Virus record (IMG/VR): IMGVR_UViG_3300009008_000005
Coordinates: 1-64,000 of that record
DNA: 64,000 bases
DNA from: a virus
Direction: 5' to 3' (one strand)
Under the pieces are notes generated by a model that worked only from the letters and a program-made list of their open reading frames with translations, did not search any database and had not been told where the DNA came from. Numbering within the stretch: position 1 is the first letter of the stretch; each line of letters opens with the position of its first letter. This document shows positions 46,919 through 55,125 of this stretch, in pieces. The translations under genes were made by a program, and so were the position numbers.

Positions 46919-47350
46919 CTAATCCTTCTTGAAACGGTCGATGTACTTCTTCTTCGCTTCAGGCGTGACCTTGCTACGGAATGGGCCCATCTGGATTCCC
47001 TTCTCCGCCAGGAGGTTACGATCTGTGAGGTACTGGCCTACGCCAGCGCCTCCGGACATCCCGAGAAGGCCACCTAGGATTGCACCAACAGCTCCACCCT
47101 TCCCGGAGCCCTTCCCGATTACTGAACCGAGACCGGCACCACCGAGGGCACCTAGGCCCATACCCCCAAAGGTACCCTTGAGTCGTCGCAGGTAGACCTC
47201 TGGGGAAACTACCACCTTCCCGAGACCCTTATCACCAGCACGCATGGCTCTGTTACTAGACAGGAACGAATCCTTTAGTCCTAGCTGCTCCATGTCCTTG
47301 CGGTTCTTCAACTCTTTGTAGGCTTTCGATGCGAGTTTCAGCTTGCTCAT
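46919..47350 (-). CDS. Small basic protein with glycine-zipper-like segments
   Basis: GLGALGGAGLG...GAILGGLLGMSGGAGVG; start moved to ATG 47350 after GAGGAGG; N-terminal KLAS. Confidence 0.7.
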   Translation of the reverse strand: MSKLKLASKAYKELKNRKDMEQLGLKDSFLSSNRAMRAGDKGLGKVVVSPEVYLRRLKGTFGGMGLGALGGAGLGSVIGKGSGKGGAVGAILGGLLGMSGGAGVGQYLTDRNLLAEKGIQMGPFRSKVTPEAKKKYIDRFKKD

Positions 47351-47360
47351 GAGATCCTCC

Positions 47361-48782
47361 TCACTTGATGTTCTTCTCCACATGCCAATCCGAGAAGCTC
47401 GCCTTCGACAAAGCCCCGGACTCGTACTGCTTCTCTGCAGTCACTCGGGCCACTAGACCCACATACCGCTTCTTATTCTGCCATAGATCTTCACGCAATG
47501 CATCATTCAGCCCTGTGCCTACCTTCCCCACAATAGGTCCATGACGGGTCAGGGAATAAGAGAATCCTCCTGCTGCCTTGCCTGCATATTTACCACCACC
47601 TGGGAAGATCTCCCGTACATAGACATCGTGCTCATACCTGAGCTTCGACTTCACAGGACCCTTATCTGTCCAGAGGACAACACCTTCTCTCGTAAGGGGG
47701 TGCTTCCCTGAACCGATGGAATCTAATAGCTTCGACTTGTCCTTCGGTGAGGTAGCTACAGGGGCAACACCTAGGACAGGGTATTTCGCTGAAATAGTAT
47801 GTAGAAGCTGCAGCCTTTCCTTATACGGTAACTTCGTAACATCGTGGCCATTGATCTTCACTGCGTCGAAAAGGAAGATCTTCGTCTTGGCCTTAGCCTC
47901 TGCTTGGATGTGGAGGCTGTTGATGACGGTAGCGTTCAACATACCTCCCACCTTCTCAGGAGGCAGAGGGACTCCGTCTGGACCTATGGCCAGAACCTCC
48001 CCACGGAGGATAGTTGGACCCTTCCCACCCTTGGCCTTCGTAGCGTATAAGTCCTTGATCTTGTGGGTATATTCTAAAAGGTCACCGGTCTTGGACTCCC
48101 TGGTGGAGAAGGCCCGTATCCGCTTCCCAGGTCGCATTAGGACAAGGGCATGCGCCCCATCGAGTTTGGCTCCGACGATGACGTCATCCCTGTTGACGAT
48201 CTCGTCACGCTGAGGTGTCTTCCACCCGATCTCCTTGTACTTCGGCCTGCCCCTAGGGGTTTCCTTCTTGGGGGCCGTCATGTTCACAAGGATCCAATTC
48301 TTCTTCCCTATATGGAGCAGTGCGAAGTCTTCCGTGCTCTTCCCACGGGTCACGGAGAACACGACCTTCTTCTCATCGGACGAATGTATGATGGCGTGGG
48401 AGTACTGCTTCAGGAATACCTTGCCTTGGCCGTACCCTGTCTCAAGCCTCCCCTCGAAGGGCATGTAGTCGTTCTTGTGCGTGAACGTCTGCATGACCAA
48501 TGTGCTCTTCCCTGGGGGAGGGAGAGTGAAGTCCTTCCCCTTCAGGGAGTGCCAGCTATGCGCCTTACCTGAAGGGTCACCCAAACGAAGGTCGAAGTGC
48601 TTCCCGGACTTCTTGGCATGGTGCTCCTGGAGCCCGAAAAGCCACACTTCTCCCCTCGCTGTCGGGATGGGGTGTGTGGTCTTGCTGTAGGGCCCTTCCT
48701 TTAGGTCACGGGTATGCGGCCGGACGTAGACGGTCTTGCCTTTGAGCTTCCGGCTATGCCCATCTACTTGTGTGCGGCCCAT
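47361..48782 (-). CDS. LigD-like protein: 3'-phosphoesterase domain plus ATP-dependent DNA ligase and OB domain
   Basis: PE: QEHHA...HFDLRL, THKNDY.PFEG; ligase: KLDG, GEV, FD, EGVV; OB: GKVGTG; start moved to ATG 48782. Confidence 0.85.
   Translation of the reverse strand: MGRTQVDGHSRKLKGKTVYVRPHTRDLKEGPYSKTTHPIPTARGEVWLFGLQEHHAKKSGKHFDLRLGDPSGKAHSWHSLKGKDFTLPPPGKSTLVMQTFTHKNDYMPFEGRLETGYGQGKVFLKQYSHAIIHSSDEKKVVFSVTRGKSTEDFALLHIGKKNWILVNMTAPKKETPRGRPKYKEIGWKTPQRDEIVNRDDVIVGAKLDGAHALVLMRPGKRIRAFSTRESKTGDLLEYTHKIKDLYATKAKGGKGPTILRGEVLAIGPDGVPLPPEKVGGMLNATVINSLHIQAEAKAKTKIFLFDAVKINGHDVTKLPYKERLQLLHTISAKYPVLGVAPVATSPKDKSKLLDSIGSGKHPLTREGVVLWTDKGPVKSKLRYEHDVYVREIFPGGGKYAGKAAGGFSYSLTRHGPIVGKVGTGLNDALREDLWQNKKRYVGLVARVTAEKQYESGALSKASFSDWHVEKNIK
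47781..47797. promoter_or_regulatory. Palindromic site copy 6, GTATTTC-GCT-GAAATAG (intragenic)
   Basis: Inside the ligase gene, in a different codon phase (I-S-A-K-Y). Confidence 0.75.
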
Positions 48783-48848
48783 TTCTACCCCCAGGATCCA
48801 TCGATTATAGCTCTGCAACTACGTATGGACAAGGTGGTATAAGGATAT

Positions 48849-48988
48849 TGCAAGCGAACGGTGATGCTTGTCACCTCCAGCGTCAAGGTTCCGTCCGCTT
48901 GCACACATCCTCCAAGGCAGGAGGGGTTCACTGTGCGGAGAGGTCCAGGGTTGATTCGCCTCTAGGCGTCCCCTGGACCTCTTCTTAC
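48849..48988 (+). ncRNA. Candidate structured small RNA (three consecutive hairpins)
   Basis: Stems at 48849-48903, 48909-48924 and 48937-48984; TG-N-TATAAG at 48835-48843 just upstream; T-rich tail. Confidence 0.35.
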
Positions 48989-49067
48989 CTGGTGTCCGGA
49001 TACCCCTTTCGGCTTCACTATTGCTGTAGTATAATTGACCCCGACCTCGTACCCGAAGGAGAAAGAA

Positions 49068-49499
49068 ATGACAGAGAGGATCCGTCTTCCCGATGAAAGG
49101 TCTGCGGTTGTAAAGAAGCTCAAGTTCGGAGAAGAACTGCATCTATATCTGATCATCGGCCTGTACGAAGACGGAAGTCCTGGCGAAATTCTTATCCGAG
49201 GGTTGAAGGAAGGGTCCATAGTGTCTGGACTCCTGAACACCTTCGCTCGTGTGTTCAGTACAGCACTACAGTTTGGTGTTCCCCTGGAGCAACTCCTCTC
49301 CAGCATCAAACATCTAAGATTCGAGCCTATGGGAATGACTGGTGATCCGGAGACCCCTATGGCCTTCTCTGTGGTCGACTACATAGCTCGATACATGTCG
49401 AGGAAGTTCCTTCCTCAGGAGAATACAAATGATCAAGGAAGCGAGGTTACTAGCCCTGGGACCGTTCCGGAAGGATCTGACGAGGTTCCTACCCCATAA
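49068..49499 (+). CDS. Stand-alone TSCPD domain (class II ribonucleotide reductase C-terminal-like)
   Basis: RLPDER, IGLYEDGSPGEI, STALQFGVPL, RFEPMG, SVVDYIARY; AAGGAG RBS; TATAAT at 49030-49035. Confidence 0.85.
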   Translation: MTERIRLPDERSAVVKKLKFGEELHLYLIIGLYEDGSPGEILIRGLKEGSIVSGLLNTFARVFSTALQFGVPLEQLLSSIKHLRFEPMGMTGDPETPMAFSVVDYIARYMSRKFLPQENTNDQGSEVTSPGTVPEGSDEVPTP

Positions 49500-49743
49500 G
49501 TCAGCCTACTATACCAATGCGAAGGAAGGCCTGCTCGTAGAGACCGAACTTTTTGTCTGTACCACAGCACAAGCCAGCCTAGATCTTGCGGAGCTGCTGA
49601 ACGTGGACCCAACAGATTGTAGCACGCACGAGATATCCCCTATGGCTGTCGACGTCCGGGACCTGGGTAAGTTCGAGGACGAGATCGAGAAGTTCATCAA
49701 ACTTGTAGGGGCGGAGTTCTCCTTCGTCTTTTCCTTCCGATGA
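49429..49743 (+). CDS. Hypothetical protein
   Basis: 104 aa; AGGAG RBS; overlaps the TSCPD tail by 71 nt. Confidence 0.6.
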   Translation: MIKEARLLALGPFRKDLTRFLPHKSAYYTNAKEGLLVETELFVCTTAQASLDLAELLNVDPTDCSTHEISPMAVDVRDLGKFEDEIEKFIKLVGAEFSFVFSFR

Positions 49744-50183
49744 GCGTGTATGTAGAGGCCTTCGATAGTGAGGAGACCTGGAACGGATTCCGATTCCCCC
49801 TTCAAAGCTACAGCGTATCCAGACCCCTAACAAGAACACTAATGTCCCACAGATCCCAAAAAGCTACTTTAGGTTTTGCACCGATGTCCCTGTCCGCCCA
49901 TGATGCCATGGCAAACACCTTCATGAATAAGGTATATGCAATACGTATCGTGGATGAAGACCAACCCCTGGGGATCTACCTGCGTGGAGTAACCCCAGTT
50001 AGTGCTAGCGCTCAAAACGTCTATGAGTTCTACGTAGACCAGATCTCCACGTATGAACTTCCGGTGCGCACCGAGTCTGCGGAAGTACCTGAACCACCTG
50101 AACCTGTGCCACCTACTAGGCTCGAACGCTTGCGAAGAAGGAGAGAAGGTCATGGGGAGGCTAGAGAGACTAAAGAGACGTAA
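49740..50183 (+). CDS. Hypothetical protein
   Basis: 147 aa; ATGA coupling. Confidence 0.6.
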   Translation: MSVYVEAFDSEETWNGFRFPLQSYSVSRPLTRTLMSHRSQKATLGFAPMSLSAHDAMANTFMNKVYAIRIVDEDQPLGIYLRGVTPVSASAQNVYEFYVDQISTYELPVRTESAEVPEPPEPVPPTRLERLRRRREGHGEARETKET

Positions 50184-50688
50184 CGACCCTTCTGTGTCCT
50201 CTATCCTCAGGGAAGGTAGAAAGAAAGACACACGGCCTACAGAGAAGCAGTTCCATGCAAACGCCCAACTTGAACACTTTGACGATAACTTCCGTGTGAC
50301 CTGCATACGGACGAGAACCCAATTCATTGGGGACACCTACCAGGCCAGGGTTACTCTGTACGAATCCGTGCGTCCCACGTTGTACATGCACCTCCCTGGG
50401 GTTACGTCAGGATTCCTGGTGGAAAGCCTTCACGGGAACAAGATGGGCTTTATCTACACCACACGACCTATCCCCAATGGAAGTGGTAAGGGCTTGTCCA
50501 ACCGGATGCTGTGGTGGGGGAAGTACATCGGGAGAGCAATGCATACATCCATACCCTACTCAAACCAGTACGCACAGGCTTCCCCCGGTAAAGAGCGGGA
50601 GGAAATCCTGGATGACTTTTTGCTGCACCTATCGGATCAAGGTATCTACCCACCCGTACCTATGGACGCTCGACAAACCACCGTGTAA
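50152..50688 (+). CDS. Hypothetical protein
   Basis: Start moved to ATG 50152 after AAGGAG. Confidence 0.55.
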   Translation: MGRLERLKRRNDPSVSSILREGRKKDTRPTEKQFHANAQLEHFDDNFRVTCIRTRTQFIGDTYQARVTLYESVRPTLYMHLPGVTSGFLVESLHGNKMGFIYTTRPIPNGSGKGLSNRMLWWGKYIGRAMHTSIPYSNQYAQASPGKEREEILDDFLLHLSDQGIYPPVPMDARQTTV

Positions 50689-50699
50689 CCTTCCACCGA

Positions 50700-50716
50700 G
50701 TATTTCGACGAAATAC
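50700..50716. promoter_or_regulatory. Palindromic site copy 7, GTATTTC-GAC-GAAATAC
   Basis: Intergenic, directly upstream of the GAGGAG RBS of the 50730 gene. Confidence 0.8.
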
Positions 50717-50729
50717 TTTATGAGGAGCT

Positions 50730-51014
50730 TTGATGAAAGCCAACTGGATATTCATGGACCCCAAGTCGCTACAAGAACTCTTCGGAACAGACGACCTGTG
50801 GGCCCTAGCTCAAACCTGCATAGACAATGAGGAGCTTCCTCCGGTTGGTCTGGTGCAGGACCTAACCTCACCCGACGAGGTGAGCGGGTGGCACATAGGT
50901 GTCGTAGACGCTCTGCAGGAATCTGCTGCCCGTGCGAACTACCGTGCTGTGGACAGTAAGAAGAAGTTGCGGGCGATGAAGACGAAGCTTCTTGGGAAGC
51001 TGAAGGATAAGTAA
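50730..51014 (+). CDS. Hypothetical protein
   Basis: 94 aa; RBS; TAATG coupling. Confidence 0.65.
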   Translation: MMKANWIFMDPKSLQELFGTDDLWALAQTCIDNEELPPVGLVQDLTSPDEVSGWHIGVVDALQESAARANYRAVDSKKKLRAMKTKLLGKLKDK

Positions 51015-51697
51015 TGGAGACGGTGTACAAAGCAGTCCTAGAGGACTCATCCGGCGGCGTATGGTCGATGATGAGTGGAGTGTACAAGTACTACAAGAAC
51101 CGCTGGATGATAGCCCCCATCGGTGGTTTCCTGTGCTACTCTTCTCTGGAAGCTGCACAGATGTTCTGGCTCCCCAACAGCACAATCTGGGAGTGTAGGG
51201 CAGAGGAAGAGCTAGATCTTCCTGTACGCATCACCAACTTCGGGGTCGTATCGGAACCGGATGTGGTCGAGGCAGCATGGGACCCGATGCTACATGACGA
51301 GCTGTCCAATGATCTCCTATACAAGAACCCCAGGATCTGGGAAGAAGGGACAGTAGCCTACAAGAGGCTGATCCTGACCAAAAAGGTGTTCCCACCCGAG
51401 GGTGACCACCCAGTCATTGCAGACTTGTACGAAAGGTTCGACAAGAATCCGGAACTTAGTACAACTGACATGACGATGTCTCTGACCTTCACGCTCCTGG
51501 ATGAGGTGGTGAACAACACGGTCGCCTCCTATCTCGCAGAGAGTAGGGATGTCCTAGGACGAACAGTGTCCGACCTCACGAAAAGGCTCATAGCTGGACT
51601 GACCCAGTGGCGGAATGTTCGACGAGAGATTCTTCACATGGAGAACTCAACAGGAGACGACAGCAACGTCGTCCAACTGATCACTCCCGACTCGTAG
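51014..51697 (+). CDS. Hypothetical protein
   Basis: 227 aa. Confidence 0.65.
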   Translation: METVYKAVLEDSSGGVWSMMSGVYKYYKNRWMIAPIGGFLCYSSLEAAQMFWLPNSTIWECRAEEELDLPVRITNFGVVSEPDVVEAAWDPMLHDELSNDLLYKNPRIWEEGTVAYKRLILTKKVFPPEGDHPVIADLYERFDKNPELSTTDMTMSLTFTLLDEVVNNTVASYLAESRDVLGRTVSDLTKRLIAGLTQWRNVRREILHMENSTGDDSNVVQLITPDS

Positions 51698-54600
51698 GCT
51701 CCATAGGAGAGGCGGACCAGCTTCCTGTAGTGGTGAATCCCACTTCAGACAAGCTGCCGATGTAACGGAGGATTGCCTCATGGCGTTCCTTCCTCGGATC
51801 CAGGTCGCCTGGGATCCGCCTCTCCTCACCCTCACCGTCGTACATTCTTAGCTTAGGGTGGTCGAGGATCACCATAGGGTTGTACGAACCACAGGCCCTA
51901 CTATGGAATCCTTCCTCCGCAACCGGGATAGCATTCACACCATCAGTGAATACAGGTGCTGCGGCGCTTCCTTCATCGGGTGTGGTCTTCGTTGCGATGG
52001 GTTGTCTGTACGGGGGACCGAAGATGTCCTCGAAGGTAGCGACCTCCCGCCCAGTGAACTCCCTCACGAACTCGTACAGGAGGCTCTTGTCCCCTGTGGT
52101 CTTGTGCTGGATGTACTGCTTTATTACGTTCATGGCGGACTGCTTCATCGTGAAGCCTCCCATGATGTCCTCCACGAAACGGAGCACCTTGGGTGCCATC
52201 GAGTCATCTGCGCCCTTGAGGAGAGGTATGGGACCCTCCTCCGCCGTGTACAGGGAGAACCACTCAGGATGCGTCGCTAGTTGCCTTACGTACCCGATGT
52301 AGGTGTCAAGTGAGAAGTTGTCGAGCCTATCACAGATGCTGCTGCAGCCGAACATGTTCTGGTAAAAATCCTGCCCGATGCGGAGGTTTGTGAACGTGGG
52401 GCCCATCCAAGGTGGCCGTACGATGTACTCGAAGGGTACGTCTAAAGTCTCCTCCACGTAGATCGGCTTCTTCTCAGTGATCCGCATCTTGGCGGTACCA
52501 CTGGTCAACTCCATGACCTGCCTGTTGTCTTTGGTCACGTAGTCCCCTGTGAGAGCACCTGGGCCGCAGCCGGGATTCTCCGGGTCTATCCCCACGTCTA
52601 GGAACTCCATGGACTCAATCTCATGGCCATTAGGCCCAATCCACTTGTTCCCCCGCTCCGTGACCTTCACCTTCGCCTTGGACCAGGTCCCATCACTGGA
52701 CTGTGAGGAAGCGATGTACTGCGCAGCCCCTACAGGATTTCCCTTGTCGTCTCTGTAGGTATCCAACTTGTCGTTGAACTGCTGCTCGGAGACGTTGGCT
52801 ACGTGTTTCTTCTCTCCTGCTGGGGTCCCCTCTGGGTAGGAGTGGCCTTCCTCGAAGGAAGGTATATCCACAGAGGTATCCGTGATGGAGGGGTCCATCA
52901 GCACACCATTGAGCATTACTTGTGTGACAGTCTCAACAGTCTCGTGACCCACGACACGTCTAATCGTAGGACTGGTAATTCCAGGTATCTCTTCTTTCGT
53001 CGGGAACCATACGTGGGAAACCACATAGCTCGTAACACCACCTTGCTGACTGATCGAGTGCGTCACAGAGGCAATCATCCCTGAGTAAACCATAGGGAGA
53101 TTCTCTGTCTTCAACTGGTCTGCGAACTTCCCTAACTGCCCCAGTGTCGAGGCGGGGTCGTTCGTCATGTTCCGGACTAGCTCGTCACAGTCCTCCAGAC
53201 CCATGGATTTCAGGGCCTGCTCCTGAGTGGCTGTAGGCATCTTCGGGAGGATCAGCGTAGGCATACCCGTGGCGATCGTGGGGTTGAACCTACCCTGGAT
53301 GTTCAAGGAGCGGACTCCTAGCCGAGCCTTCAAGAAGAGGAAGTTCGCCATCTTCTGCATGTACCCGACCTTGGTGGAGGTGATCAGGTTCTGGTCGCTC
53401 TTCTCCTTCTTCAAGTCCTTCTGGATACTCTGGTAGGCTGGCGCATCCATCATCTGGTCAATGATCGGCACGATCCCGGTGAACTTCTCGTGAGGGAACA
53501 GATAGGTCTCCCCCTTCTTCGTCTTCTTGGACGGGTCCATTCCGAACAACGCCTCGATGTCCGGGGCGATATACGTGGACTTATGGCTCTGCTGGACTCC
53601 CTTGCCGTCCCACTCCTTCCTTGAGGTCAGGTGCAGCCTTGTGGTCTCGGCCAAGTAGTTCCTGGACATGGACAGGGATACAATGTGCTCTGGGAAGAGG
53701 ACGTTGCATCGAGGCGGTGGGCACAGGAAGATCTCAGGGTTGAATACATGCGTGTAGAGTCTAGGCAGTTGTAGGACATCTACACGAATCTTCTTCGAAG
53801 ATGTCTTCGTGGCTCTGCGCTTGTAGGCATCGATAGCGGAGTTCGTAGCATCTTTTAGATGCTGTGCAGATATGTTATCGATGTTCGGATAGTAAGGCTG
53901 CTCGTTCGAGCCCATAAGGACAGCGGTTCCTGGTGGATACGGATCAGACTGGGCAGTCTCTTTATGGGTCATAGAGGCCAGCTTATCAATAACCTTCTGC
54001 TCCTCATAAGCTGCCTGAGCGAAGTCCTTATCCTCCTTCAATGCGTCTACTTCAGGACTAACGCCCCCCGGGGAGTCTTGGGAGTAGTCGTACTCCAACG
54101 AGGGGCCCAGCTTCGTGTGTGTATCCTGGTGGGCACGTACAGGGTCTACACCCGCCCTCTCCAGCTTGACGTGACTCTCACCCTTACCAGAGAGGATCTC
54201 GTCGGTTGCATCCCGGATCCCCTCCAGCCGCTTGATACGACGCTTCACAGCATCATTGTCAATGCGAGAGGATGAGCTAACAGTGACCTCGACATCCTCC
54301 ACCAGCTCTTGCTTGGCGAAGTACGGAGCGAGAACAGAGGCGTAGTTATGCTGGATCCTCTGTAGGGACATCGACATGACATCCCTGAAGGAGAGGGTGT
54401 TCGACCTGGCTGTGATCGCCTTCTGGAGCATCTTCTTGAAGCCATAACTCCCCAGGAGCTTCACAGCGGAATCATCCTTCCGTGCGGAGCCCAGCATCCT
54501 GGACATGTGGAGACGCAGCTCCGCCTGGCTGAAGAAGTCGTTCAGACCTCGGAAGGTCTTCTTACCTACGTAGACTCCTCCCATCGTCTCTAGGAGCAGT

Positions 54601-55124
54601 AGGAGGCCACCCATCAGACCTTCGACATCCGGGTGGCCCACAGACTTTCCGGTAAGCATCCTGAGCAGAACATCGGCCGGACTACGAGAGGTCTTGGCCT
54701 GTCCATAGTAGGAGGCGGCTCCAGTGAAGGAAGCGATCTGTGTCTGGGATCCAACAGAGCCTTGTGTCTGTGTCGTGGTGAGACCATCGTCAGTCTTACC
54801 AAAGAAGTTCAGGCGGGCCGTATCCCAGTAGGAAGAGAAGTCCAGGCACTTCAACACTGCAACACGCTGCGTGTGCGACTGCACATAGTCCACAGCTACC
54901 AGCTCCCCTGTGAAGAGGAGCCTGTACTTGTGTGGATCCGCATCGGAATCGAAGTAGAAGATGTGGACTAGGGAGCGTGGAAGGAGATCCATCACCTCGT
55001 CAGTAGGTACGATCTGAGCTGTCGCTGAGCCCGCAGTATTGATACCGCCCGTGCAGATAGCGGACACAACTGGGATCTCGATCCCTTCTACGGTGAGACG
55101 TATCTGAAGAGGTTTCGCTTCCAT
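51681..55124 (-). CDS. Tail/baseplate hub protein (gp27/VgrG-like, with insertions)
   Basis: 1147 aa; RLTVEGIEIPV, LFTGEL, C.DFSSYWD, G.FNP..G.P...SVTHSI; lies downstream of the tape measure gene. Confidence 0.65.
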   Translation of the reverse strand: MEAKPLQIRLTVEGIEIPVVSAICTGGINTAGSATAQIVPTDEVMDLLPRSLVHIFYFDSDADPHKYRLLFTGELVAVDYVQSHTQRVAVLKCLDFSSYWDTARLNFFGKTDDGLTTTQTQGSVGSQTQIASFTGAASYYGQAKTSRSPADVLLRMLTGKSVGHPDVEGLMGGLLLLLETMGGVYVGKKTFRGLNDFFSQAELRLHMSRMLGSARKDDSAVKLLGSYGFKKMLQKAITARSNTLSFRDVMSMSLQRIQHNYASVLAPYFAKQELVEDVEVTVSSSSRIDNDAVKRRIKRLEGIRDATDEILSGKGESHVKLERAGVDPVRAHQDTHTKLGPSLEYDYSQDSPGGVSPEVDALKEDKDFAQAAYEEQKVIDKLASMTHKETAQSDPYPPGTAVLMGSNEQPYYPNIDNISAQHLKDATNSAIDAYKRRATKTSSKKIRVDVLQLPRLYTHVFNPEIFLCPPPRCNVLFPEHIVSLSMSRNYLAETTRLHLTSRKEWDGKGVQQSHKSTYIAPDIEALFGMDPSKKTKKGETYLFPHEKFTGIVPIIDQMMDAPAYQSIQKDLKKEKSDQNLITSTKVGYMQKMANFLFLKARLGVRSLNIQGRFNPTIATGMPTLILPKMPTATQEQALKSMGLEDCDELVRNMTNDPASTLGQLGKFADQLKTENLPMVYSGMIASVTHSISQQGGVTSYVVSHVWFPTKEEIPGITSPTIRRVVGHETVETVTQVMLNGVLMDPSITDTSVDIPSFEEGHSYPEGTPAGEKKHVANVSEQQFNDKLDTYRDDKGNPVGAAQYIASSQSSDGTWSKAKVKVTERGNKWIGPNGHEIESMEFLDVGIDPENPGCGPGALTGDYVTKDNRQVMELTSGTAKMRITEKKPIYVEETLDVPFEYIVRPPWMGPTFTNLRIGQDFYQNMFGCSSICDRLDNFSLDTYIGYVRQLATHPEWFSLYTAEEGPIPLLKGADDSMAPKVLRFVEDIMGGFTMKQSAMNVIKQYIQHKTTGDKSLLYEFVREFTGREVATFEDIFGPPYRQPIATKTTPDEGSAAAPVFTDGVNAIPVAEEGFHSRACGSYNPMVILDHPKLRMYDGEGEERRIPGDLDPRKERHEAILRYIGSLSEVGFTTTGSWSASPMEPTSRE

Positions 55125-55125
55125 G

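Noticed and set aside
48835-49067. Cobalamin riboswitch upstream of the RNR-related gene
   Set aside because: The conserved B12-box elements (AGGGAA, GCCACTG-like) are not present; the region is kept only as an unassigned structured element.
50114-50183. RLERL peptide repeated at the end of one ORF and the start of the next
   Set aside because: It is short, low-complexity and has divergent codons; probably chance.
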